Source: Aquificales bacterium (GTDB lineage: Bacteria > Aquificota > Aquificia > Aquificales > QOAS01). Taken from it: a stretch of 64,000 nt of DNA. The translations under genes were made by a program, and so were the position numbers. Within the stretch, counting starts at the first letter, position 1, and each line of letters begins with the position of its first letter. The notes beneath the pieces are model-generated. The model was given only the letters and a program-made list of their open reading frames with translations. It had not been told where the DNA came from and did not search any database. Shown piece after piece: positions 1-9,909 of the stretch. The DNA lies in the NCBI GenBank assembly GCA_027036735.1, contig JALWDU010000056.1, positions 38,816 through 102,815 on the forward strand, written 5' to 3'.

Positions 1-423
1 AACCTTTAGAAGGAGGGGCAGTTTCGGGTTGTCCGAATAGAGGGGTAAAAGTCCCCTTTTTTCGAGCTCTTTATCCCTTACGGGGTTCCCCACACTTTCG
101 AGAATTAAAAACCTTTCGGGGTTCTCGTATTTCACACCCTTGAAGGGATAAACGGCAACCCTATCACCCCTTTTGAGGAGTTTTGCGGGTTTCATTCTGT
201 AAGGGGTCTTTACGGGGTGGTCTTCCGTAACGAGGAGCTCGTATCCCAGTTCCGTTTTCAGTTTTAGAAGTTTTTTCTCCCTCTTTTGGAACTTAAAAAC
301 CGGTTTTACACCTTTGGTGTTTCCCTTGTTCGAGACCCCCAAAAGGTGGTCTTCGATTTTCCAATCCTCTACCGGTTTGTAATATCCGAGAGGACTCAAA
401 ACGGGCGTTCCTTCGGGAATGCA
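1..423 (-). mobile_element. Intein (N-terminal splicing region, partial) inserted in rtcB immediately before the metal-binding Cys
   Basis: After ...GYDIN the frame reads [21 protein letters not shown]...[19 protein letters not shown]... instead of the expected CGVR continuation. Cys1 plus a block A-like start and a block B LVTxDHP motif are Hint/intein hallmarks. To my recollection the archaeal (Pyrococcus) RtcB intein uses the same insertion point. The C-terminal half lies outside the window. Confidence 0.75.
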
Positions 424-723
424 ATTGATATCGTAGCCGATTGCTCCCGGAGAAATAATCCCGCCTTCGGCGGGGTCTGTTGCCATTACCCCACCTATCG
501 GAAAGCCGTATCCCACGTGAACGTCGGGCATAACGACAACCGGTTCGACCACACCGGGCAAGGTGGAAGCGTTAACAGCCTGCTGAATTGCGTCCTCTTC
601 CAGAAGCTTGTAAAGGGTATCGTTCAAAAAGAACTTAACCTCCCTTTGGTCTCGCCTTACCGTTCCCCTCGGAAGGATGTATTCGTATTTTCCCACCCTT
701 TGGAGTTTCTCTTTTAGACCCAT
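1..723 (-). CDS. rtcB: RNA-splicing ligase RtcB, N-terminal part; the gene runs off the window start and is interrupted by an intein after residue 100
   Basis: The minus-strand frame is open from ATG (723-721) to the window edge. My translation is [20 protein letters not shown]...[47 protein letters not shown]... [14 protein letters not shown] and GYDINC are RtcB active-site/metal motifs. It is missing from the ORF track because it has no stop inside the window. The + ORF 286..717 is its antisense shadow. Confidence 0.85.
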   Translation of the reverse strand, partial: MGLKEKLQRVGKYEYILPRGTVRRDQREVKFFLNDTLYKLLEEDAIQQAVNASTLPGVVEPVVVMPDVHVGYGFPIGGVMATDPAEGGIISPGAIGYDINCIPEGTPVLSPLGYYKPVEDWKIEDHLLGVSNKGNTKGVKPVFKFQKREKKLLKLKTELGYELLVTEDHPVKTPYRMKPAKLLKRGDRVAVYPFKGVKYENPERFLILESVGNPVRDKELEKRGLLPLYSDNPKLPLLLKV

Positions 724-830
724 CGAGAGGAGAAAGATAGGAAATTTACCCCTTGAGGGCCTTGAGCAAAGTAAATATCGGTTTCGATTTTACAACGCAA
801 TTGTAAATGGGATTAACCTAAATCCCCCAA

Positions 831-1607
831 ATGGTTCTGTTGGAGCTCCGAAACCTTACGGTGGTCTATCCAAATTCCAAAAAACCGGCGGTGGAAACTC
901 TATCCCTTTCCCTCAAAAGGGGTGAAATACTCTGCATCGTCGGGGAGAGCGGTAGCGGCAAGTCGACCGTTTTGAAGGCTATAGCCGGACTTCTACCCAC
1001 CAATTCCCGCGTTAGCGGGCAAATAATTTTCAAAGGAAAAGACTTAACCCCGCTTTTGCGGGAGGAGAGGCGCACCCTTATGGGGAGGGAGATAGGCTTT
1101 ATATTCCAAGAGCCGTCGGTCTATCTCGACCCCCTATTTAAGGTGGGAAAACAGATTGAGGAAACCTGCAGAATCCATTTCCCCAAAAGGGATTGCAAAA
1201 GTGCAACTCTATCCGCCTTGAGGTATTGCGGAATTCCAGACCCCGAAAGGGTCTATAATTCCTATCCCCACCAACTATCGGGGGGTTTAAAGCAGAGGGT
1301 GAATATCGCCGACGCCACCGTTAACAACCCCTCCCTGCTCCTGGCGGACGAACCCACGACCGCCCTCGACGTTTCAACCCAAAAGAAGGTCTTGAATCTC
1401 TTTAGAAAACTAAAGGGGGACGGAAAGGCTATCCTTCTTGTTACCCACGACTTTGGGGTGGTTTGGGAGGTAGCCGACCGCGTTTTGGTTATGAAGGAGG
1501 GACAAAAGGTGGAGGAGGGTGACGTCTTCCAAATCTACGAAAGTCCCAAACACCCCTACACCCAAAGGTTGGTCTCCATATTTAAGGAACTCTCCACTAT
1601 CGGTTGA
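831..1607 (+). CDS. ABC transporter ATP-binding protein, oligopeptide/dipeptide (DppD/OppD) type
   Basis: Walker A GESGSGKST, signature LSGGLKQR, Walker B LLLADEPTTALD and a C-terminal HPYTQRL (oligo_HPY-like) motif. No permease or binding-protein gene is adjacent. Confidence 0.85.
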   Translation: MVLLELRNLTVVYPNSKKPAVETLSLSLKRGEILCIVGESGSGKSTVLKAIAGLLPTNSRVSGQIIFKGKDLTPLLREERRTLMGREIGFIFQEPSVYLDPLFKVGKQIEETCRIHFPKRDCKSATLSALRYCGIPDPERVYNSYPHQLSGGLKQRVNIADATVNNPSLLLADEPTTALDVSTQKKVLNLFRKLKGDGKAILLVTHDFGVVWEVADRVLVMKEGQKVEEGDVFQIYESPKHPYTQRLVSIFKELSTIG

Positions 1608-2130
1608 GGAACTTTTTCAATTCCGCAAAGGGGGAACCGCTATTTTCACCCTCGGAAGGTTTTTCCTCTCTCTCAAACTCCACCGGGTGTCCCTCAATAC
1701 CCTTACACTCGGGGTGGCATAGGGGTTTGTAGGGCACGTCGAGAATTATCTGCTCCCTCACGAGGTCGGTGAGGTTCAAAACGTCACCCTCCAATTGGAA
1801 GGTGTTTAGGTCGCTCTCGCGTAGGTGCTCCCTATTTTCGCCACCCCTCTGGGCTATAACGGTGTGCTCCCCCCCGAGGTCTTTTTTAAACACCTCCAAA
1901 CAGCGGGAACAGGTCAGTTCTATATCCCCCTTTATGTTGTAGGAGACCTTATAACCCTCCCCTTTGGGATTTTTTACGATATTGACCTCCACCTTTACAG
2001 GTTCGGTTATTTCGCCCACGTCGGCGGGTATCCCGAGGTCTTTAGGCTCTATCTCGTATTCCGCCTTAAAGAAGGGCTGTTTTTCCTTCTCAAAAATCTG
2101 CTTTAGGTCGAGTTTTATCTCTTTCATCAC
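1597..2130 (-). CDS. yceD: DUF177/YceD family protein (ribosome-assembly associated)
   Basis: 177 aa, acidic. The CSRCLEVF ... CHPECKG ... SPFAELKKF arrangement is typical of DUF177. Confidence 0.65.
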   Translation of the reverse strand: MMKEIKLDLKQIFEKEKQPFFKAEYEIEPKDLGIPADVGEITEPVKVEVNIVKNPKGEGYKVSYNIKGDIELTCSRCLEVFKKDLGGEHTVIAQRGGENREHLRESDLNTFQLEGDVLNLTDLVREQIILDVPYKPLCHPECKGIEGHPVEFEREEKPSEGENSGSPFAELKKFLNR

Positions 2131-2156
2131 TTACCCCCTTTGGGTTTTGAAATTAG

Positions 2157-2852
<696 letters not shown>

Positions 2853-2877
2853 GCTTTCCCCTTAAAATCCTTTAGAG

Positions 2878-3111
2878 ATGCAAAGAGACCTAAAGGTGGC
2901 ATATCTGCTCTGGCTTACCACCGGCTGGTGGATAGGCGGACATAGGATATACCTCAAAGAGGAAGGTTGGTGGCTCTATCCCCTTTTGTGGTTTTTAAGC
3001 TTTTTCGGACTCTACTTGGGACCGGGTGCTATTACCTTTCTCCTATTGGTGGGTCTTTGGTTATACGACGCCTATAAGATACCCCAATGGGTTAAAAAAG
3101 AGGAGAAATAA
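2878..3111 (+). CDS. Small TM2-domain-like membrane protein
   Basis: 77 aa with two hydrophobic helices. WWIGGHRIYL resembles the TM2-domain G-x-H-R-F/I-Y motif. Confidence 0.5.
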   Translation: MQRDLKVAYLLWLTTGWWIGGHRIYLKEEGWWLYPLLWFLSFFGLYLGPGAITFLLLVGLWLYDAYKIPQWVKKEEK

Positions 3112-3113
3112 CT

Positions 3114-3279
3114 TTAGACGACATCGGCAATTTTATCCAATACGAAGGGGGTTGCGAATACGAGTGCCAGGAATACTATAGCGGCGAGGATATCCCCTCC
3201 GAAGAAGCTAACAATCATAATAACAACCGCAATGGTTACCCAGATAAGTCCGATAATTCCCATGATTATGGCGTTCATC
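3114..3279 (-). pseudogene. Small hydrophobic membrane-protein ORF split by a 1-nt frame change at a G4 run (alternatively a 23-aa peptide)
   Basis: A strong SD (GGGAGGT) lies 8-9 nt before ATG 3279-3277. Frame 1 gives MNAIIMGIIGLIWGNHCGCYYDC*. After the GGGG run (3239-3242) a second frame reads VTIAVVIMIVSFFGGDILAAIVFLALVFATPFVLDKIADVV* to the stop at 3114-3116. The total of 166 nt is not a multiple of 3. Confidence 0.3.
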
Positions 3280-3323
3280 TTCCCTACCTCCCACAGTGTA
3301 ATTTCTAAACAAAATTATAAATC

Positions 3324-4745
3324 TTAAAAGTCCAAATCCAGTTCGCCGATGTCGACACCGGCATCGCCCATCTCCTCCTCTTCGAGCTCTTCGAGGAAAG
3401 TATCCTCCTCCGTTGGGTCTTTGGGTTCGAAGAGCGAAAGTTTATCGATAAACAGAGCCTCTACTATGCCGGTGGGACCCTGCCGCTGTTTTGCGACGAT
3501 AATCTCCACCTTGCCCTGCAAATCGGGGGGGACTTCCTTCTTTTTCAACTTCATATAGTATTCCGGTCGGTGGAGGAAGATAATTAGGTCGGCGTCCTGC
3601 TCTATCTGCCCGCTCTCGCGCAGGTCGGCGAGTTGGGGACGCTTGTCGCTCCTCTGTTCCACCTGTCTGGAGAGTTGCGCAAGGGCTATGACCGGAATGT
3701 CCAACTCCTTAGCCAGCGCCTTTAAACTCCTCGAAATTTCGGCTACCTCCTCTTGACGGGAGGAGTATTTCTTTACCCCCCTAAGGAGTTGCAAATAGTC
3801 CACTATGAGGAGTTCTATCCCCCTTTCCTTCTTCATTCGGAGTGCCTTTATTCTCAAATCGGTGGTCGAAAGGGCGGCGCTGTCGTCTATATAAATCGGT
3901 AGGGATTGCAGTTCCTCAAAGCTTTTTTGGAGAATTTCTTTCTGCTCCTTTGTAAGTTTTCCCAAACGCAGGTCGTAAAGCGGTATTCTTGAGAGGAAGG
4001 AGAGCAGACGCAGTGCCAATTGGTCTTTAGCCATTTCGAGGGAAAAGAAACCCACCGGAAGACCTTCCCTCTGGGCTACATATTTCGCAATGGAGAGGGC
4101 AAAGCTCGACTTACCCATTCCGGGGCGACCCGCCACTATAACGAGGTCTCCCCCGTGAAAGCCCGTTGTCAACCTATCGAGGTCGGGGAAACCGCTCGGT
4201 ATTCCCGTAATGTGGGATTGGGATTTTTCAAAATACTCTATGGTTTCCTTCAATTGGGGAACTATGTCGGCTAAAGAAACGTACGGAGCAATATCCCTCT
4301 TGGAAGAGAGTTCAAAGGTCTTGTCAAGAAGCATTTCCAATAGCTCTTCGGGGTCGCGGTAGTCCTTAGAAAGGATTTCATTGGCTATTTCCACGAGTTC
4401 CTTCCGGAGGGCGTATTTCTTTAGGAGTTGACAGTATTCGCGCAAAATCTCCACCGAGCGGACGAAATTTGTCGAATACCTTTCGATGAGCTTTTCTTCG
4501 TCTATATAGTCGGGAATAACCCTTTCCCGTTTTAGGGCTTCCACGATTAGGTCGTAGGTGAGGTTGTTCCCCTTTTCGTTCCAAAGCTTTAATAGAACCT
4601 CGAAAATTTTTTGATTTACCAATTCCAAAAAGTGGGATTCCCTTATACCCTCCTCGAGCACCACACTCATATAGGAGGGGTCAAAAATAAGGGTTCCTAT
4701 TACCGTATCCTCTATCTGTGGATTACTTCTAACGACCGCTTGCAC
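3324..4745 (-). CDS. dnaB: Replicative DNA helicase DnaB
   Basis: 473 aa. Walker A GRPGMGKSSFAL, Walker B LLIVDYLQL, and DnaB motifs LSRQVEQR and DLRESGQIEQDADL. It has an unusual acidic C-terminal tail (EELEEEEMGDAGVDIGELDLDF). Confidence 0.95.
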   Translation of the reverse strand: MQAVVRSNPQIEDTVIGTLIFDPSYMSVVLEEGIRESHFLELVNQKIFEVLLKLWNEKGNNLTYDLIVEALKRERVIPDYIDEEKLIERYSTNFVRSVEILREYCQLLKKYALRKELVEIANEILSKDYRDPEELLEMLLDKTFELSSKRDIAPYVSLADIVPQLKETIEYFEKSQSHITGIPSGFPDLDRLTTGFHGGDLVIVAGRPGMGKSSFALSIAKYVAQREGLPVGFFSLEMAKDQLALRLLSFLSRIPLYDLRLGKLTKEQKEILQKSFEELQSLPIYIDDSAALSTTDLRIKALRMKKERGIELLIVDYLQLLRGVKKYSSRQEEVAEISRSLKALAKELDIPVIALAQLSRQVEQRSDKRPQLADLRESGQIEQDADLIIFLHRPEYYMKLKKKEVPPDLQGKVEIIVAKQRQGPTGIVEALFIDKLSLFEPKDPTEEDTFLEELEEEEMGDAGVDIGELDLDF

Positions 4746-4825
4746 GGGAAAAAAATTAAATAAACTCCCTAAGGCGGGGTAGAAGGAGAAAGGTCAACAA
4801 TAGGTAGATGTAATAATTCCCTTAA

Positions 4826-5932
4826 ATGGAACTGCTCAAAGACCTTAGAAACCCCGAGTTGGTGAAAAAATTGCTCAAAGCCATCGAGCGGGAGGCACCC
4901 GGTCGCCCCGTCAAGATTATGGAGGTTTGCGGTGGGCATACCCACGCGATAATGAGATACGGTTTAAACAAATTGTTGGAGCCCTTCGGGATAGAGTTTC
5001 TCCACGGACCCGGCTGTCCCGTGTGCGTTATGCCAAAAGAGCGCATAGACCAAGCCATAGCGATAGCGAACCAACCCGGCGTGATTCTTACCACTTACGG
5101 GGATATGATGAGGGTTCCCGGTTCCAAAAGTTCCCTAATAAAGGAAAGGGCAAAGGGAAGGGATATAAGAATGGTTTACTCCCCCCTGGAGTCCCTAAAG
5201 ATAGCCGAGGAAAACCCCGATAAAAAGGTGGTCTTTTTCGCAATAGGTTTCGAAACCACCACCCCCATGACGGCGGGTCTTATGGAATTGGCAACCCGAA
5301 GGGGCATCAAAAACCTATTGGTTCACGTAAACCACGTTTTGGTAATTCCCGCCATGGAGGCGGTAATGCACGAAAGCAAGATAGAGGCGTTTATAGGACC
5401 CGGACACGTGAGCGCCATAATCGGGGGAAATGCTTACAAACCCTTTGTGGAAAGATACCGCGTTCCGGTTGTGATTAGCGGTTTCGAACCGGTCGACATT
5501 TTGGAAAGCGTTTTGAGGATATTGAAACAACTAAAGGAAAACCGCGCTGAGGTAGAAATCCAATATACGAGAGCCGTCTCATGGGAGGGTAATTTAAAAG
5601 CCCAACAACTGATGGAAAAGTATTTTGAGGAGAGGGAAACCTTTAGGTGGAGAGGATTGGGAGACATTCCCCGTAGCGGTTTAAAACTAAAAGATGAATA
5701 CTCCGAATGGGACGCGGAAGTCTATTTCGACGAAATCCTTCCCAAAGAACCTATAGACGACCACAAGCTATGTATATGCGGCGAAATACTGAAGGGTAAA
5801 GCTAAACCGACCGATTGTCCAATTTTCGGAACGGCTTGCACCCCCAAAAACCCCATAGGGGCGTGCATGGTTTCCTCGGAGGGTGCATGCGCCGCCTATT
5901 ACAAATACTCACAATTGAGCCTTAACAATTAA
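4826..5932 (+). CDS. hypD: [NiFe]-hydrogenase maturation protein HypD
   Basis: CGGHTH, GPGCPVCV, GPGHVS and the Cys-rich C-terminus (CICG...CPIFGTACTP...GACMVSSEGAC) are characteristic of HypD. Confidence 0.92.
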   Translation: MELLKDLRNPELVKKLLKAIEREAPGRPVKIMEVCGGHTHAIMRYGLNKLLEPFGIEFLHGPGCPVCVMPKERIDQAIAIANQPGVILTTYGDMMRVPGSKSSLIKERAKGRDIRMVYSPLESLKIAEENPDKKVVFFAIGFETTTPMTAGLMELATRRGIKNLLVHVNHVLVIPAMEAVMHESKIEAFIGPGHVSAIIGGNAYKPFVERYRVPVVISGFEPVDILESVLRILKQLKENRAEVEIQYTRAVSWEGNLKAQQLMEKYFEERETFRWRGLGDIPRSGLKLKDEYSEWDAEVYFDEILPKEPIDDHKLCICGEILKGKAKPTDCPIFGTACTPKNPIGACMVSSEGACAAYYKYSQLSLNN

Positions 5933-5943
5933 ACTTTTACTCT

Positions 5944-6285
5944 ATGCGGAAATTATTTCTTAGCTTCCTCTTTATTTCTTTAATTCCATTAACCGGAAAT
6001 ATCTTTGCCGAAGCTTTATCCTACAAATGGTATCCCTATAAAAACAAAAAGTGGAAATTGATTTTATACATCCCCAAAAAGGAGTGTTACAGTATGTGGA
6101 ATAAAACCCTAATTCTGTTTATAAATTCCCAAGGAAAAGTTTATAGAAAACTTCTAAAAAGGAAACCTTATAGGTGTCGAATCATAAAGTATTTCCCCTA
6201 TAAAGCAAACAAGAACTTTAGGGTTATTTTAATTAATTTACAGGATTTAAAGGTTAAAGATTTGGGAAGAATTAAGACTTACTGA
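5944..6285 (+). CDS. Hypothetical small secreted protein (Lys-rich)
   Basis: 113 aa with an N-terminal signal-like segment MRKLFLSFLFISLIPLTGNIFA. AT-rich. No motif recognised. Confidence 0.35.
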   Translation: MRKLFLSFLFISLIPLTGNIFAEALSYKWYPYKNKKWKLILYIPKKECYSMWNKTLILFINSQGKVYRKLLKRKPYRCRIIKYFPYKANKNFRVILINLQDLKVKDLGRIKTY

Positions 6286-8171
6286 TTAGGGGATTTATAA
6301 AATGGAACATATTTCTTTAATACTTCTTTTACGTATTTATACTTTTGAGGATTAAAAGCTGTTCTCTTTAATTCCTCAAGCATAGTTTTTACCTCATCTA
6401 AGGTAAACTTAGATGAAATTTTTGCCACATAAATTCTATCGTGATATGTTTTTTCTGTCCCTTCTTCCGCAGTTAACAACTCTTCAAATAATTTTTCTCC
6501 GGGACGGGGACCGGTAAAAACTATATCTATATCCTTATAAGGCTCCAAACCCTGAAGGCGTATCAAATCCTCCGCAAGTTTAACAATTTTTATCGGTTCT
6601 CCCATATCGAGGACAAAAACTTCTCCACCTTTTCCCATAGCGGCGGCTTGGAAAACTAAAAGAACCGCCTCGGGGATAGTCATAAAATACCTTCTCATCT
6701 CGGGGTGGGTTACGGTAACGGGTCCTCCTTTCTTAATCTGTTCCAAAAATATAGGTATTACACTGCCCCTACTTCCCAAAACATTTCCGAACCGAACGGA
6801 AACGAATTTTGTTTTCCCCAAATCGTTTAAAGCATTACAAATAATCTCGGCTACACGTTTGGTAGCACCCATTACACTGGTAGGGTTGACAGCTTTATCG
6901 GTTGAGATATTGACAAATTTATCCACCCCGCTCTCCACCGAAGCCAGCGCCACATTATAGGTTCCGAAAACATTCGTTTTTACAGCCTCTTCGGGGAAGA
7001 GTTCCATCATGGGAACATGTTTGTAAGCGGCGGCGTGAAACACTACATCGGGTTTATAGGTTTGAAAAATATGCCTTATCTTTTCCTTATCCCGAACATC
7101 GGCAACGACGGGAGTAAGCTTTATACCCTTTTCGTCGGCTATTTTTTGAAGCTCCAACATTAAATTGTGAAGTTCCGTTTCATCTATCTCTAAAGCGATT
7201 ATTTCCTCAGGTTTAAATTCAATTAATTGCCTAACTATCTCTGAACCGATAGAGCCACCCGCACCCGTAACCAAAATTTTCTTCCCCTGTAGAAAATCCC
7301 TTACTTTGTCCTTTTCAATCTTTACTGGTTCCCTATAAAGTAGGTCTTCAATAGAAATGTCTTTTAAGTCCTTTACCTGTATTACCTCCGAAGGGAGTTT
7401 AGAAATACTCGGAACTATTTTTATATTTTTTATTCCTTGTTCCCTTAAAAGTTCATAAATCTCCCTTACCCTTTTATGGGATAAAGAAGGAATTGCTATT
7501 ATTACGGTTTCTATACGATTGTCCTTTAAAAGGAGTGGTAAATCTTTAATTTTCCCCAAAACGGGGATGCCATGAATATAGGTTCCAACCTTTTTGAGGT
7601 CGTCATCTACAAAAAACACTGGTAGGTATTCTTTACTTCTCTTCAATTCCCTTACAATGCGCTCACCCGTATTTCCGGCACCGATAATTGCGACTCTCTT
7701 CTTGTTTTCAAATCCCTTGCGCGAGTTTAATATTTCCAAATAGACCCTTTTTGATATTCTTACAAGAGATACCAAAAAGGTAGAAACGAAGAAATCTATA
7801 AAAACAACACTAAGAGGAACGGAAAGAGGAGGATTAAAAGCCCTTACAAGGAGATTTAAAACAAAAAACAGAGAAGAGGCTAAAAGCAATCCTCCGATTA
7901 TCCTTATAAATTCGGTTAAACCTATAAAGCGCCAGTTAACCTTATAAATTTTTAAAAACCAAAAAATGGTAAGTTTTAGAAGGACAACAATAGGCAACCA
8001 TAGGAGAAAAGTCTTTACATACCAATTTGGAAATTCGAAATTAAATCTAAGTAAAAAGGCAAAATAAAAGCTAAAACCGAAACTAACTATGTCGCTTATT
8101 AAAAAAAATAAAGTCCGTTTTCTTAAGGAAGGTCTAAAAAGCTTTCTTAAATTCATCTTACAATACCCCAA
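6279..8171 (-). CDS. Membrane-bound nucleotide-sugar 4,6-dehydratase (CapD/PglF/WbpM family)
   Basis: 630 aa with about 4 N-terminal TM helices. Rossmann motifs GAGNTG and VTGAGGSIGSE, SDR YxxxK (AAAYKHV). The start may be the internal M at 8156. Confidence 0.88.
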   Translation of the reverse strand: MGYCKMNLRKLFRPSLRKRTLFFLISDIVSFGFSFYFAFLLRFNFEFPNWYVKTFLLWLPIVVLLKLTIFWFLKIYKVNWRFIGLTEFIRIIGGLLLASSLFFVLNLLVRAFNPPLSVPLSVVFIDFFVSTFLVSLVRISKRVYLEILNSRKGFENKKRVAIIGAGNTGERIVRELKRSKEYLPVFFVDDDLKKVGTYIHGIPVLGKIKDLPLLLKDNRIETVIIAIPSLSHKRVREIYELLREQGIKNIKIVPSISKLPSEVIQVKDLKDISIEDLLYREPVKIEKDKVRDFLQGKKILVTGAGGSIGSEIVRQLIEFKPEEIIALEIDETELHNLMLELQKIADEKGIKLTPVVADVRDKEKIRHIFQTYKPDVVFHAAAYKHVPMMELFPEEAVKTNVFGTYNVALASVESGVDKFVNISTDKAVNPTSVMGATKRVAEIICNALNDLGKTKFVSVRFGNVLGSRGSVIPIFLEQIKKGGPVTVTHPEMRRYFMTIPEAVLLVFQAAAMGKGGEVFVLDMGEPIKIVKLAEDLIRLQGLEPYKDIDIVFTGPRPGEKLFEELLTAEEGTEKTYHDRIYVAKISSKFTLDEVKTMLEELKRTAFNPQKYKYVKEVLKKYVPFYKSPNQ

Positions 8172-8755
8172 ATAGTTTTAAATATTAATTTCAAATCGGT
8201 AGTAAAACTAATTTCTTTTAAATACCTTTTATAGTATTCAATTTTTTTTGGAAGTATCTCTATATAGACCTCTTCGGGATTTTCCGCACCTTTAAGCAAT
8301 TCGCTTTCATCTTTAAACTCCAGTGAAGCGTAATCGGTTATTCCGGGTTTCACTTGGAGGATTTCTTTATAGTCTTCCTCGAAGAGTTTTACAAATTTTG
8401 GCACCTCCGGGCGGGGTCCTACAAGGCTCATTTCCCCTTTTAGGACATTTATTAATTGAGGTAACTCGTCCAGTTTGTATTTTCTTAAAAATCTTCCAAC
8501 CCTTGTAATGCGGGGGTCGTCTCCTTTTGTCACCTGTGCCCCCAATTTTTCCGCATTTTCCACCATTGTGCGGAACTTATAAATCTTGAAAGGCTTCCCG
8601 TATTGCCCTACCCGGGTTTGCCTAAAAAAGACGCTTCCCCCGTCGTCGAGTTTTATAAGAATTGCTACAACCAAAAATAGAGGAGAGAGAACTATCAACC
8701 CCAAAAGGGAGGCGATAAAATCGAAAACCCTCTTTAGGTATTTTCTGTAAATCAT
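8153..8755 (-). CDS. Undecaprenyl-phosphate sugar phosphotransferase (PglC/WbaP C-terminal type initiating transferase)
   Basis: 200 aa with one N-terminal TM. KFRTM and DELPQLINVLKGEMSLVGPRP motifs of the bacterial sugar transferase family. Confidence 0.88.
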   Translation of the reverse strand: MIYRKYLKRVFDFIASLLGLIVLSPLFLVVAILIKLDDGGSVFFRQTRVGQYGKPFKIYKFRTMVENAEKLGAQVTKGDDPRITRVGRFLRKYKLDELPQLINVLKGEMSLVGPRPEVPKFVKLFEEDYKEILQVKPGITDYASLEFKDESELLKGAENPEEVYIEILPKKIEYYKRYLKEISFTTDLKLIFKTIWGIVR

Positions 8756-9909
8756 TACCTTCTGTAGGTTTTTACTATATCGACCACATTTTCTATCACA
8801 TAATCGATTTCCTCTTCGGTCATACCGGGGTATATCGGTAAAGATAGAACCCTTTCAAAGACCCATTCGCTGTTTGGAAACTCTTGAGGTGTATATCCAA
8901 ACCTCTCTTTGTAATAGGTGAACCTATAGAGGGGGATAAAGTGGACGCTCGTCCCTATACCGCGATTTTTTAATTCTTCGATAAACCCGTTTCGGTCTAT
9001 TTTCAGCGCCTCCAAGTTGAGTTTTAAGGGATACAGATGCCACGAGGAGGTTCGGTCTTCTTTTACCCTATAGAGGATTAATTCCTCATAATCTTTAAAA
9101 GCTTCGTTATACCTTTCCGCTATGTGTTTTCTTCTCTCCCAAAGCCAGTCGGCTTTCTTGAGTTGCGCCAAACCCAAAGCGGCGTTTATGTCAGTGGTGT
9201 TGTATTTGTAACCGTTTTCCAAAACATCGTATTCCCAACTACCCTCTTTTGTATATCTTTTCCACGCATCTTTGCTTATCCCGTGGAGTCTTAAAATTTT
9301 CATTCTCTCCGCCCATTCGGGGTTATCGGTGGTAGCCATTCCCCCTTCACCGGTAGTTATCGTTTTCGTTGCATAAAAGCTAAAAGCGGTTATATCCCCT
9401 ATAGTGCCTATTTTTCTCCCTTTATACCACGCCGGTAAGGAATGCGCCGCATCTTCTACCACAAATAGGTTATATTTTTTTGCCAATTCCATTATAGGGT
9501 CCATATCCGCCGGCTGACCCGAAAAGTGGACGGGGATAATAGCCTTTGTCCTTTTGGTGATTTTCTCCTCTATTTTTTCCACATCTATAAGGTGGGTATC
9601 CCTTTCCACATCCACCAAAACCGGTTTTGCATTGAAATAATTAACCACCTCGGCGGTTGCCACAAAGGTGGTTGTCGGAACAATAACCTCGTCTCCCTCT
9701 TTAATGCCGATAACCCTAAGCGCCAAGTGGAGCGCCGCCGTGCAGGAATTCACCGCCACCGCGTGTTGACTTCCTATATAGGCTTTAAATCTTTCTTCAA
9801 ACTCAATAGTCTTTTTACCCATAGTAAGCCAACCGTTTTTCAAACTATCCACAACACCCTCTATTTCCTCTTCCGTTATATAGGGTTTGTGAAAAGGTAT
9901 CCGCATCAT
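8755..9909 (-). CDS. DegT/DnrJ/EryC1/StrS family nucleotide-sugar aminotransferase
   Basis: 384 aa. Typical DegT layout with the PLP-lysine region FSFYATKTITTGEGG. Confidence 0.88.
   Translation of the reverse strand: MMRIPFHKPYITEEEIEGVVDSLKNGWLTMGKKTIEFEERFKAYIGSQHAVAVNSCTAALHLALRVIGIKEGDEVIVPTTTFVATAEVVNYFNAKPVLVDVERDTHLIDVEKIEEKITKRTKAIIPVHFSGQPADMDPIMELAKKYNLFVVEDAAHSLPAWYKGRKIGTIGDITAFSFYATKTITTGEGGMATTDNPEWAERMKILRLHGISKDAWKRYTKEGSWEYDVLENGYKYNTTDINAALGLAQLKKADWLWERRKHIAERYNEAFKDYEELILYRVKEDRTSSWHLYPLKLNLEALKIDRNGFIEELKNRGIGTSVHFIPLYRFTYYKERFGYTPQEFPNSEWVFERVLSLPIYPGMTEEEIDYVIENVVDIVKTYRR

Noticed and set aside
286-717. 143-aa + strand ORF (TTG start) in the ORF track
   Set aside because: It is the antisense shadow of the rtcB/intein frame, which carries unmistakable RtcB and intein motifs. 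The + translation has no recognisable features.
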